From the NCBI GenBank assembly GCA_000008885.1, contig BA000021.3, positions 270,001-302,000 of the forward strand: a stretch of 32,000 nt of DNA, in the 5' to 3' direction. The stretch comes from Wigglesworthia glossinidia endosymbiont of Glossina brevipalpis (lineage in GTDB: Bacteria > Pseudomonadota > Gammaproteobacteria > Enterobacterales > Enterobacteriaceae). The notes below the pieces were generated by a model that saw only the letters and a list, made by a program, of their open reading frames with translations, had not been told where the DNA came from and ran no database searches. Shown piece after piece: positions 19,952 through 28,604 of the stretch; position 1 is the first letter of the stretch, and each line of letters opens with the position of its first letter. The position numbers and the translations under genes are program-made.

Positions 19952-19957
19952 AAGGAG
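19952..19957 (+). promoter_or_regulatory. Shine-Dalgarno sequence AAGGAG, 6 nt upstream of the gshA TTG start
   Basis: The sequence reads ACAAAGGAGATAAAATTG, a rare GC-containing hexamer at canonical spacing from the start codon. Confidence 0.6.
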
Positions 19958-19963
19958 ATAAAA

Positions 19964-21481
19964 TTGATACCAAAAGTATCTAAAATAATACCTTGGATTA
20001 AAGATAACAAAAAATTTTTAAAAAAAACATACAAAGGAATAGAAAGAGAATCTCTGAGAATTGATATTGATGGCAATATTTCAAAAAAACCACATCCAAT
20101 AATTTTTGGATCTCCTCTTACTCATAATTGGATTACAACTGACTTTTCAGAATCTCTTTTAGAGCTTATCACTCCAGTAAGTAATAGTAAAAAATATACT
20201 ATAAATTTCTTAAATGATTTACATATTTTTATAATAAAAAATTTAATTAATGAAAATTTATGGCCAATGAGCATGCCATGTAAAATTAATAACGATTCTT
20301 CTATTATAATAGCGCAATATGGAAATTCAAAATTAGGAAGAACAAAAACAATATATCGTAATGGATTGAAAAATAGATATGGTGCTAAAATGCAAATAAT
20401 ATCAGGAGTACATTACAATTTTTCTTTTCATAAAGATTTTTGGAAAAAATATAATAATTTTTATAAAATACAAGACAAATTTTCATCCATAGGTTATTTT
20501 AATTTAATAAGAAATTATTATAGATTTGGATGGATTATTCCATATTTTTTTGGAGCTTCTCCAATAGCTCATTCTTCCTTTTTTAAAGGATTAAATACTG
20601 ATCTTATATTTAAGAAAAATAAATTTGGAGATATATATTTACCTTTCTCTACTTCTTTGAGATTAAGCGAAATAGGATATATTAATAAAGTTCAAAAAAA
20701 AATAAAATTAAAATTTAATAATATTGAAGAATATGTTGATATTGTTAAAAAAGCCATGAAAACACCATATTTAAATTATAAAAAAATTGAATTAAAAAAC
20801 AATGAAAAAAATCTGCAAATTAATGTAAATTTATTACAAAAAGAAAATGAACTATATTCTCATGTTAGACCAAAAAGATCATTAAATAAAAATAAATATA
20901 AATTAGAAGATTTGATTTACAAAGGAATTGAATACATAGAAATACGTTCTTTAGATGTAAATCCATTTTCTCCTATAGGTATAAAAATAAATCAAATATA
21001 TTTTTTAGATATTTTTCTTATTTGGTGTATATTAATAGAATCTCCAAAAATAAACGATGAAGAATTGAGATCTATTAATGAAAATTGGAATCGTGTTATT
21101 CTATATGGAAGAAATCCTAAAATAAAATTAATTAATTTTTTTAAAAAAAAAGAAAAAAAATTATCTGAAATTTTAAAGTTTATATTAAATGATCTACAAA
21201 TTCTCGTAGAGAGTTTAGCATTTAAAAAAAATAATAAAATTTATCAAAAAATCTTTTTTGATTTACATAAAATGACAGATAATCCAAACAAAACTTTATC
21301 TGGAAAATTATTAGAAGAAAGTATAGAATATGGTGTTGAAAGATTGGGATTAGATATGTCTAAATCTCATAAGATAAACATAGAAAATAAAAAATTAAAA
21401 GTAATTAATTATCAATCTTTGATTAAAGAAGCAGAAAAATCTATAAAAGAACAAATTGTTCTTGAAAAGAATGAAACATAA
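19964..21481 (+). CDS. gshA: Glutamate--cysteine ligase (GshA), TTG start
   Basis: 505 aa. MIPKVSK...GIERESLRI...PLTHNWITTDFSESLLELITPV...WPMSMPC...YRNGLKNRYGAKMQIISGVHYNFS is colinear with E. coli GshA. Confidence 0.95.
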   Translation: MIPKVSKIIPWIKDNKKFLKKTYKGIERESLRIDIDGNISKKPHPIIFGSPLTHNWITTDFSESLLELITPVSNSKKYTINFLNDLHIFIIKNLINENLWPMSMPCKINNDSSIIIAQYGNSKLGRTKTIYRNGLKNRYGAKMQIISGVHYNFSFHKDFWKKYNNFYKIQDKFSSIGYFNLIRNYYRFGWIIPYFFGASPIAHSSFFKGLNTDLIFKKNKFGDIYLPFSTSLRLSEIGYINKVQKKIKLKFNNIEEYVDIVKKAMKTPYLNYKKIELKNNEKNLQINVNLLQKENELYSHVRPKRSLNKNKYKLEDLIYKGIEYIEIRSLDVNPFSPIGIKINQIYFLDIFLIWCILIESPKINDEELRSINENWNRVILYGRNPKIKLINFFKKKEKKLSEILKFILNDLQILVESLAFKKNNKIYQKIFFDLHKMTDNPNKTLSGKLLEESIEYGVERLGLDMSKSHKINIENKKLKVINYQSLIKEAEKSIKEQIVLEKNET

Positions 21482-21534
21482 AAATTATTTTTATTAATTT
21501 TTAAAACTTAAACAATTTATAATTACACACTAAA

Positions 21535-22875
21535 ATGATTTTTGAAAATTTATCTAATAAATTATATAAAATTTTTTATAAAATTAAAGAGAAAGGTCGT
21601 TTAACATCTGAAAATATAAATGACACTTTGCGACAAGTGAGAATAGCTCTTTTAGAAGCAGACGTAGCTCTAGTTGTAGTTCAAAAATTTATTCAAGAAA
21701 TTAAAAAAATTTCATTAGATAAAAAAATAAATAATTATCTCACTCCAGGACAAGAATTTATCAAAATTGTACAAAAAGAATTAATAAAAATAATAGGTAG
21801 TAAAAATAATAATTTAAATTTTTGTTCTGGCAGATCTGTTATTTTTTTGATAGGATTGCAAGGAAGTGGAAAAACAACTACTACTGGAAAATTAGCAAAA
21901 TATTTAAAAGAAAAAAACAAAAAGAAAGTTTTAACTGTTTCATCGGATGTTTACAGACCAGCAGCTCAAAAGCAATTAGAATTAGTATCAAAATCTGCAA
22001 ATGTAGATTGCTTTCTATCGGAAAATTTATATAAAACTCCATATGAAATAGTTAAATCTGCAATGAATAAATCAAGTTTATATGATGTGTTGCTTATAGA
22101 CACAGCTGGATTTTCTCATACTAATAAAAAAATGATAAAAGAAATACAATTATTGCAAAGTATTTCATCTCCCTCAGAAACATTATTTATAGTAGATTCT
22201 ATGATGGGGCAAGATTCTATTAACAGTATTAAAACATTTAACGAAAAATTTTCTTTGACAGGGGTGATACTAACAAAATTAGACGGAGATTCAAGAGGAG
22301 GAATAGCTCTATCAATAAAATACATAACTGGAAAACCAATAAAATTTATTGGTACAGGAGAAAAAATAGATACATTAGAAATATTTTCTCCTGAAAAATT
22401 ATCTAAAAAAATATTAGGAATGGAAAATATTTTTTCTATAATAAATGATGTAGAAATTAAAATAAATAAATATAAAAAAGAAAAAATTAAATATAAAAAA
22501 AATAAAAAATTTGACTTGACAGATTTTTTATTACATTTAAATCAAGTTAAAAAAATAGGGGGAATAAATAAAATTGTAAATCAATTTTCTATTATGTCTA
22601 ATATTTCACCTAAAATAAATAACAAAATTTGTGTAAAAATGGAAGCAATAATAAATTCTATGACCGTTAAAGAGAGAATAAATCCAAATATTATAAAAAG
22701 ATCTAGAAAAAAAAGAATAGCACATGGATCTGGAACAACAGTACAAGATGTAAATAATTTATTGAAACAATTTAATGAAATGGATCGTTTATTTAAACAA
22801 ATAAAAAATAATGGTTTAATAAATACTATGAAAAAAATAAAAAATTTAATTCCATTCAAATTTAAAAAAAATTAA
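21535..22875 (+). CDS. ffh: Signal recognition particle protein Ffh
   Basis: 446 aa. MIFENLSNKL...RLTSENINDTLRQVRIALLEADVAL, GLQGSGKTTT, DTAG, TKLDGDSRGG and M-domain MEAIINSMTVKER are present. Confidence 0.97.
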   Translation: MIFENLSNKLYKIFYKIKEKGRLTSENINDTLRQVRIALLEADVALVVVQKFIQEIKKISLDKKINNYLTPGQEFIKIVQKELIKIIGSKNNNLNFCSGRSVIFLIGLQGSGKTTTTGKLAKYLKEKNKKKVLTVSSDVYRPAAQKQLELVSKSANVDCFLSENLYKTPYEIVKSAMNKSSLYDVLLIDTAGFSHTNKKMIKEIQLLQSISSPSETLFIVDSMMGQDSINSIKTFNEKFSLTGVILTKLDGDSRGGIALSIKYITGKPIKFIGTGEKIDTLEIFSPEKLSKKILGMENIFSIINDVEIKINKYKKEKIKYKKNKKFDLTDFLLHLNQVKKIGGINKIVNQFSIMSNISPKINNKICVKMEAIINSMTVKERINPNIIKRSRKKRIAHGSGTTVQDVNNLLKQFNEMDRLFKQIKNNGLINTMKKIKNLIPFKFKKN

Positions 22876-22922
22876 TATTTAAAAGATTATTTTTTATCTA
22901 AAACTCTTATAAGAAGAAAAAT

Positions 22923-23165
22923 ATGGTTATTATTCGTTTATCTAGAAAAGGTTCCAAAAACAAACCATTCTACCAAATAGTAGCAAGTGATAATAGAAAA
23001 CCTAGAGATGGTAAATTTATTGAAAAATTAGGTTTTTTCAATCCTATATCTATAGAAAAATCTAAAAAAATTTTTATAAAAACAGATAGAATAAATTTGT
23101 GGATGTCTAAAGGAGCCAAATTATCTGATAGAGTAAAAAATTTATTGCATAAATATAAAAAGTAG
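22923..23165 (+). CDS. rpsP: 30S ribosomal protein S16
   Basis: 80 aa. MVIIRLSRKGSKNKPFYQIVASDNRKPRDGKFIEKLGFFNP matches E. coli RpsP. Confidence 0.97.
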   Translation: MVIIRLSRKGSKNKPFYQIVASDNRKPRDGKFIEKLGFFNPISIEKSKKIFIKTDRINLWMSKGAKLSDRVKNLLHKYKK

Positions 23166-23173
23166 TTATTTAT

Positions 23174-23694
23174 ATGAATAAAAATCTTATTTTAGTAGGT
23201 AAAATATGTTCTCCTTTTGGAATAAAAGGATGGATTAATATTATATCTTTTACAGAAAAAAAAAAGATATACTTAAATATCAACCATGGACATTGACCAA
23301 AAATAACTTTTGTAAAGAAATATGTATTTCTCAATGGAAATTACACTATAATAAAATTATAGTAAAAATAAAAAACATTAATAATAGATCACAAGCATTT
23401 ATTTTTAAAAATTTAAAAATTATGATTTTTTGTGATCATCTACCTGATCTTGGAAATAAGCAATATTATGTTAAAGATATAATAGGATTAAGAGTTATAA
23501 ATACGAAAAATATAATATTAGGAAATGTAATTGATATAATAAATACTAAATCTAATGATGTTTTATTAGTTCTTGGCAAAGAATTTAATAATAAAAAAAA
23601 AGAATATTTGATACCTTTTATAGAAAAAACAGTAATTAAAGAAGTAAATATAATATCTAAAATTATTTTAGTAGATTGGAATAAAAATTTTTAA
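23174..23694 (+). CDS. rimM: Ribosome maturation factor RimM; frameshift-interrupted in an A10 run about 30 codons from the start (the uninterrupted ORF is 23293..23694)
   Basis: My translation from ATG 23174 gives MNKNLILVGKICSPFGIKGWINIISFTEKKK (E. coli [24 protein letters not shown]), then a stop at 23294. The -1 frame from 23266 reads DILKYQPWTLTKNNF...QWKLHYNKIIVKIK... and continues into the ORF-track protein (GNKQYYVKDIIG, TKSNDVLLV, LIPFIEKTVIKEVN...VDW). Its position in the rpsP operon agrees. Confidence 0.88.
23256..23265 (+). repeat. Sense-strand poly(A) run of 10 nt at the rimM frame break; mRNA reads GAA AAA AAA AAG ATA
   Basis: Ten consecutive A, counted directly. Confidence 0.9.
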
Positions 23695-23713
23695 AACAAA
23701 ATTTATTAATAAT

Positions 23714-24450
23714 ATGAAAATTGGAATTATTACTATTTTTCCAGAAATGTTTTTTTCTTTCATGGATTATGGAATTACAAATAGAGCATTGAAAAAAAAT
23801 CTTTTAACATTAAAATTCTTGAATCCTAGAAATTTTTCTTCTGATAAAAGAAAAAAAATAGATAGTAAAATATATGGAGGAGGTTCAGGAATGCTAATGA
23901 CTATTCAACCTATAAAGGATGCTATTCATCAAGCAAAAATTTATATAGGAAATTTCTCAAAAGTAATTTATTTATCTCCACAAGGAGATAAATTATGTCA
24001 ATCAAAAGTAATGAAATTTTTAGATTACTCAAATATTATTATAGTTTGTGGAAGATATAAAGGGATAGATGAAAGATTAATTATATCTGAAATAGACGAG
24101 GAAGTATCAATAGGAGATTATGTTATAAGCGGAGGAGAATTAGGAGCCATGATATTAATAGACTCCATATCTAGAGTAATACCAGGAGTAATTAAAAAAA
24201 AAATTCATATATGACAGATTCCTTTTTCAAAGGATTATTAGGATATCCAGAATATACTAGACCAAAAGTATTTGATAAAATGGAAGTTCCTTCAGTATTA
24301 TTATCAGGAAATCATAAAAGTATAAAAGAATGGAGATTAAAGCAATCTTTAGGGCGTACTTGGGAAAGAAGACCTGAAATGTTAAAAAACAAAAATTTAA
24401 CAAACGAAGAAAAAAAATTATTACATGAATTTAAAAATGAATTTTTTTAA
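23714..24450 (+). pseudogene. trmD: tRNA (guanine37-N1)-methyltransferase TrmD, reading frame broken in an A10 run between ORFs 23714..24214 and 24211..24450. It is formally a frameshift pseudogene as written, but both parts are conserved.
   Basis: Part 1 (MKIGIITIFPEMF...YGGGSGMLM...YLSPQG...CGRYKGIDERLI..EIDEEVSIGDYVISGGELGAMILIDSISRVIPGV) and part 2 ([17 protein letters not shown]...[35 protein letters not shown]) together are colinear with E. coli TrmD. The second frame is open only from 24196 and the first stops at 24212, so the shift must lie within the A run. Confidence 0.9.
24194..24203 (+). repeat. Sense-strand poly(A) run of 10 nt at the trmD frame break; mRNA reads ATT AAA AAA AAA ATT CAT ATA TGA
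   Basis: Ten consecutive A, counted directly. Confidence 0.9.
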
Positions 24451-24466
24451 AAAAGGATAATAAAAA

Positions 24467-24814
24467 ATGAACCTCATAAACATAATAGAAAACTCTCAAA
24501 AAAAGAGCAATATAACTAAACTTTTTTCTGGAGATATTGTAAAGATAAATATTTGGGTGTTAGAAGGAAATAAAAAGAGAATTCAAATATTTGAAGGAAT
24601 TATAATAGCTATTAAAAATAAAGGAATTAGTTCATCAATAACTGTAAGGAAAATATCTAACGGAGAAGGTGTAGAAAGAATGTTTCCTTTACATTCACCT
24701 ATAATAGAAAGCATTATTGTTAATAGGCATAGCCTTGTTAGGAAATCTAAATTATATTATTTAAGGAATAAAAAAGGAAGATCTTCTAGAATTAAGCAAA
24801 GACTAAAAAAATAA
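24467..24814 (+). CDS. rplS: 50S ribosomal protein L19
   Basis: 115 aa. FSGDIVKINIWVLEGNKKRIQIFEGIIIAIKNKG...TVRKISNGEGVERMFPLHSP matches E. coli RplS. Confidence 0.97.
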   Translation: MNLINIIENSQKKSNITKLFSGDIVKINIWVLEGNKKRIQIFEGIIIAIKNKGISSSITVRKISNGEGVERMFPLHSPIIESIIVNRHSLVRKSKLYYLRNKKGRSSRIKQRLKK

Positions 24815-24826
24815 TAAATTTTTATT

Positions 24827-25558
24827 TTAAAAACTTTTTATATTTAACATGTCACTAGGAGTGTTTATGCTAAAACAGTTTTTAATATTTTCAACTGATA
24901 CGTATATTCTTTTTCCGTACCATAAAATTCTTAGCTGTTCTAAATTTTCCATTTTCTCTAATTTAGAAGAATTATAATTGGAATATAAACGAACAAATTT
25001 TGCATAATATGCATATATTCCTACGTGTTTTAAAAAATTATTTTTAATATAATATGAATTATAATTTTCACACCAAGGAATTACAGATCTAGAAAAATAC
25101 AAAGCATATCCATTTATATCAATAACAACTTTAACTATATTTTTATCGAAAATTTCTTTCTTATTTAATATAGGAATAGCTAGAGTAGATACTATTAAAT
25201 TTTTTTCTTTTAATTTTTTTGCAACATTAAAAATGTTATCGCTATTTAAAAAAGGCTCGTCTACTTGTAAGTTAACTATTATCTGGTTATCTTTGATTTT
25301 AAATTTTTCAATAGCTTCTATTAATCTTTCTGTTCCAGAATTATATTCTTTTTTTGTAAGTAATACTTCTATTCCATTTTTATTTACTAATGAATAAATT
25401 TCATTATTATCAGTAACAACAATAACACGAGATGCTCCCGATTTTTTAGCATTTTCTATAGTATGTATAATCATAGGTTTTCCATTAATATTAATTAATG
25501 GTTTTTTTGGAAATCTTTTAGAAAAAAATCTTGCTGGTATTATTACAATAAATTCCAT
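24827..25558 (-). CDS. kdsB: 3-deoxy-manno-octulosonate cytidylyltransferase (KdsB)
   Basis: MEFIVIIPARFFSKRFPKKPLININGKPMIIH aligns with the E. coli KdsB N-terminus [32 protein letters not shown]. I therefore place the start at ATG 25558; the ORF-track extension to 25615 overlaps ycaR and is not homologous. Confidence 0.93.
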   Translation of the reverse strand: MEFIVIIPARFFSKRFPKKPLININGKPMIIHTIENAKKSGASRVIVVTDNNEIYSLVNKNGIEVLLTKKEYNSGTERLIEAIEKFKIKDNQIIVNLQVDEPFLNSDNIFNVAKKLKEKNLIVSTLAIPILNKKEIFDKNIVKVVIDINGYALYFSRSVIPWCENYNSYYIKNNFLKHVGIYAYYAKFVRLYSNYNSSKLEKMENLEQLRILWYGKRIYVSVENIKNCFSINTPSDMLNIKSF

Positions 25559-25562
25559 TATT

Positions 25563-25733
25563 TTACCTTTTTTTAATAGGATAACTGGAATCCCTAAGCA
25601 AAATTGGAATTCCATCTTTTATTGGAAAAGCTACTGAATCAAATTCACAAATAAGTTCTTTTCTAATCAAATCAAAATTTAATTTTTTATTACAGATTGG
25701 ACAAGCAATTATATTTAACAATTTTTTATCCAT
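25563..25733 (-). CDS. ycaR: Small Trm112/YcaR-family protein (UPF0434), 56 aa
   Basis: Below the ORF-track size cutoff. My own translation is MDKKLLNIIACPICNKKLNFDLIRKELICEFDSVAFPIKDGIPILLRDSSYPIKKR. E. coli YcaR is [46 protein letters not shown]. Its position directly upstream of kdsB matches E. coli. Confidence 0.88.
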   Translation of the reverse strand: MDKKLLNIIACPICNKKLNFDLIRKELICEFDSVAFPIKDGIPILLRDSSYPIKKR

Positions 25734-25801
25734 ACATCGTCCTATTAACTTATATATTTATAAAATAAATAAAATTTTTTATTCAAAACAAATAAAAATT
25801 T

Positions 25802-26893
25802 TTAAATTTTATTAAAAATATTATTTTTTTTATTTTTAAATTTAAAAATTATTATTTTTTTTTCTACAGAGCTCAAAAGAACTTCTTTGCATTTTTTAGA
25901 AAAAAAAACATATATTGGAAGATACCACCAATTAATTTTTGCAAAGTATTTGCATTTAATAGAATCTTTTTCTGTCATTAATAAATGTTCGTTATTTTTG
26001 GTCAAAGAAGTTAATATATTTTTATCATATATATAATGATCAGGAAAGCTTATTTCTCTAATTGGTATTATTCCGCTTTTTCTTACCATTGAAAAAAAAT
26101 TTTTATTATTGCTTATTCCTGATATTAATATAGTAGGAAATAAATCATTTAGTCTTTTTTTGCTTCCATTTAATAAATTAATGACATAATTTTTATGATA
26201 TAAATTCATTTTAATTATATTTTTATTTCTACAACATCCATTTATTATTACTTTATTCACTTTATTTAATTTTTTTTTGGTTTCTCTCATTGGACCAGCT
26301 GGAAGAAGTAAATTATTTCCAAATTTTCTATTATTATCTATTACAATCCATTCTATACATCTTCCCATAGAATGATGTTGTAAACCGTCATCAGAAATTA
26401 TAATATCTAAATTATAATATTCTAAAAGCATTTTTATAGCTAATATTCTATTTGAACTTACCGCAACTGGAACATTAGATCTTTTATGTATCAAAATTGG
26501 TTCATCTCCGCAAATATCATGGGTAAAATTAGAATTTATAATTATAGGAAAATCATATTTTCTTCCATATCCTCTAGATACTACACCTACTTTCCATTTT
26601 CTTTTTTTTAATTGTTTAGATAACCATATTACTAGAGGAGTTTTTCCATTCCCTCCTACTGTAATATTTCCTATAACTATAATAGGAATATTAAAGTTAT
26701 ATGTTTTTTTAAAATTACATTTATATAATATATAAATTATTTTAATAACTAAAAAATATATTAAAGAAAATGGATACAAAAAAAACCTCATTATGGTTTT
26801 TTTAAACCAAATATAGTTAATAATAGAAATTACATTTATTTTTAAAATATATTTTTTTTTATTGATCCAGCTGTAAACGGTAGATTTGCGCAT
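25802..26893 (-). CDS. lpxK: Tetraacyldisaccharide 4-prime-kinase (LpxK); start codon uncertain (ATG 26893 or ATG 26791)
   Basis: P-loop GNITVGGNGKTP, VVSRGYG, GDEP, SDDGLQH, LPAGPMRE and LMTEKDSIKC are colinear with E. coli LpxK. It lies downstream of msbA, as in E. coli. Confidence 0.93.
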   Translation of the reverse strand: MRKSTVYSWINKKKYILKINVISIINYIWFKKTIMRFFLYPFSLIYFLVIKIIYILYKCNFKKTYNFNIPIIVIGNITVGGNGKTPLVIWLSKQLKKRKWKVGVVSRGYGRKYDFPIIINSNFTHDICGDEPILIHKRSNVPVAVSSNRILAIKMLLEYYNLDIIISDDGLQHHSMGRCIEWIVIDNNRKFGNNLLLPAGPMRETKKKLNKVNKVIINGCCRNKNIIKMNLYHKNYVINLLNGSKKRLNDLFPTILISGISNNKNFFSMVRKSGIIPIREISFPDHYIYDKNILTSLTKNNEHLLMTEKDSIKCKYFAKINWWYLPIYVFFSKKCKEVLLSSVEKKIIIFKFKNKKNNIFNKI

Positions 26894-28604
26894 ATACTCC
26901 TTTTTTTTCTATAAGTTCATTATGATTTCCGTATTCTATTATTTTCCCTTTTTCTACTAATAAAATCATATCAGATTTTTTTATAGTAGAAATTCTATGT
27001 GCTATTACTAGAGAAGTACGATTTTTTCTTATTTTATCAATTGCTTTTTGAACCTTAATTTCTGATTCTATATCTAAAGCAGAAGTAGCCTCATCAAGAA
27101 TTAATATAGGGCAATCTCTCAATAAAGCTCTAGCTATTGCAATTCTTTGTCTTTGACCTCCAGACAATAAAGTTCCATTTTCTCCTATTATTGTATTTAA
27201 TCCATGCTTCATTTTTATTATAAAATCCATTGCATAAGCCATATATGCAGCTTTTTCTATTTGATATTTAGAATAAATTTTCTTCTTAGCATAAGCTATG
27301 TTATTAGCTATTGTATCATTGAATAAATATATATTTTGTGACACTAAGGCTATTTGATTTCTCAAATTGGATAATTTATATTTTTTTAAATTTATATTAT
27401 CTAGAAAAATTGATCCTTTGTCTGCTTCATAAAATCTAGTTAATAAATTTACTATAGTAGATTTTCCTGCTCCGGAAGATCCAATTAAAGCTACAGTACA
27501 TCCGGCTGAAATTTTTATGTTTATATCTTTTAAAGATGGGTTTTCTTTCCCTGGATATGTGAAAGTAATATTTTTAAATTTTATTTCTCCACGAGCACGA
27601 TTAATATAGCATTTTCCTATATCTTGTTCTTGCTTAATATCAAATATAGAAAATAAAGTTTTACATGCAACCATGCCTTTTTGAAAATTTGCATTTACAT
27701 TAGTAAGTGATTTCAAGGGTCTCATTAAAGCAATCATTGAAGTAAAAATAACTGTTATAGTTCCAGCTGTTAATTCATCTATTATTTTTGGCAAGCTCGA
27801 AATGTATAATATAACAGCTAAAGTGATAGATGAAATAAATTGAATTATTATATCTAAAGTTGAAGATGATATAACTATTTTCATGCTTTGTTGTCTAATA
27901 AAATTACTAACATAATTAAATCGATCAATTTCTTCTTTTTGTCCTCCAAAAATTCTAATTTCTTTATGCCCTTTCAGCATCTGTTCTACAATAAAATTAA
28001 CTTGACCCATATTGTTTTGTATCTTCTTATTTATTTTTCTGAATCTTTTTGATACTTGATTGATAGAAAAGAATACTATTGGTGTTATAATAATTAAAAC
28101 CGATGATAATTTCCAACTATGAAAAAACATCATAAAAAATAATCCAATAATTAGAGAACCTTCTCTTACTATAGTTATTAAAACGCTAGAAGAAGATGAT
28201 GCCACTTGTTCTGTGTCATAAGTAATTCTAGATAATAAGGCTCCTGTTGATCTTTTATCGAAAAAAGATACTGGCATATTCATCATATGCCTAAATAAAT
28301 TTCTTCTTATATTCATAACTACTTTTCCAGATACCCAAGAAATAAAATAACTTGAAATAAATCCACTGCTTCCTCTGGATAGCATCAAAGCAACAATAGC
28401 TAATGGCATCCATATTGATATTTTATTTTCAGATGATTTAAAACCATTATCTAGTAGTGGTTTTAAAAGAGATAACATTAATGTGTCGCTTGTAGCGTTA
28501 ATAATAAGAGCAACAATAGATATAATCAATCCAGATTTAAAAGGAGAAATAATTGGCCATAAACGACAGAAAATTCGCCAAGTAGAAAAATTTTTTTTTA
28601 GCAT
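26859..28604 (-). CDS. msbA: Lipid A export ABC transporter (flippase) MsbA
   Basis: 581 aa and colinear with E. coli MsbA. Contains FSTWRIFCRLWP, ISWVSGKVVMNIRR, Walker A GSSGAGKST, signature LSGGQRQR and Walker B ILILDEATSALD. Confidence 0.97.
   Translation of the reverse strand: MLKKNFSTWRIFCRLWPIISPFKSGLIISIVALIINATSDTLMLSLLKPLLDNGFKSSENKISIWMPLAIVALMLSRGSSGFISSYFISWVSGKVVMNIRRNLFRHMMNMPVSFFDKRSTGALLSRITYDTEQVASSSSSVLITIVREGSLIIGLFFMMFFHSWKLSSVLIIITPIVFFSINQVSKRFRKINKKIQNNMGQVNFIVEQMLKGHKEIRIFGGQKEEIDRFNYVSNFIRQQSMKIVISSSTLDIIIQFISSITLAVILYISSLPKIIDELTAGTITVIFTSMIALMRPLKSLTNVNANFQKGMVACKTLFSIFDIKQEQDIGKCYINRARGEIKFKNITFTYPGKENPSLKDINIKISAGCTVALIGSSGAGKSTIVNLLTRFYEADKGSIFLDNINLKKYKLSNLRNQIALVSQNIYLFNDTIANNIAYAKKKIYSKYQIEKAAYMAYAMDFIIKMKHGLNTIIGENGTLLSGGQRQRIAIARALLRDCPILILDEATSALDIESEIKVQKAIDKIRKNRTSLVIAHRISTIKKSDMILLVEKGKIIEYGNHNELIEKKGVYAQIYRLQLDQ

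Noticed and set aside
25559-25615. A 19-codon N-terminal extension of kdsB in the ORF track (MEFQFCLGIPVILLKKGKI).
   Set aside because: The extension overlaps the 3-prime end of ycaR in another frame and has no counterpart in E. coli KdsB. The second ATG (25558) aligns residue for residue with the E. coli start.
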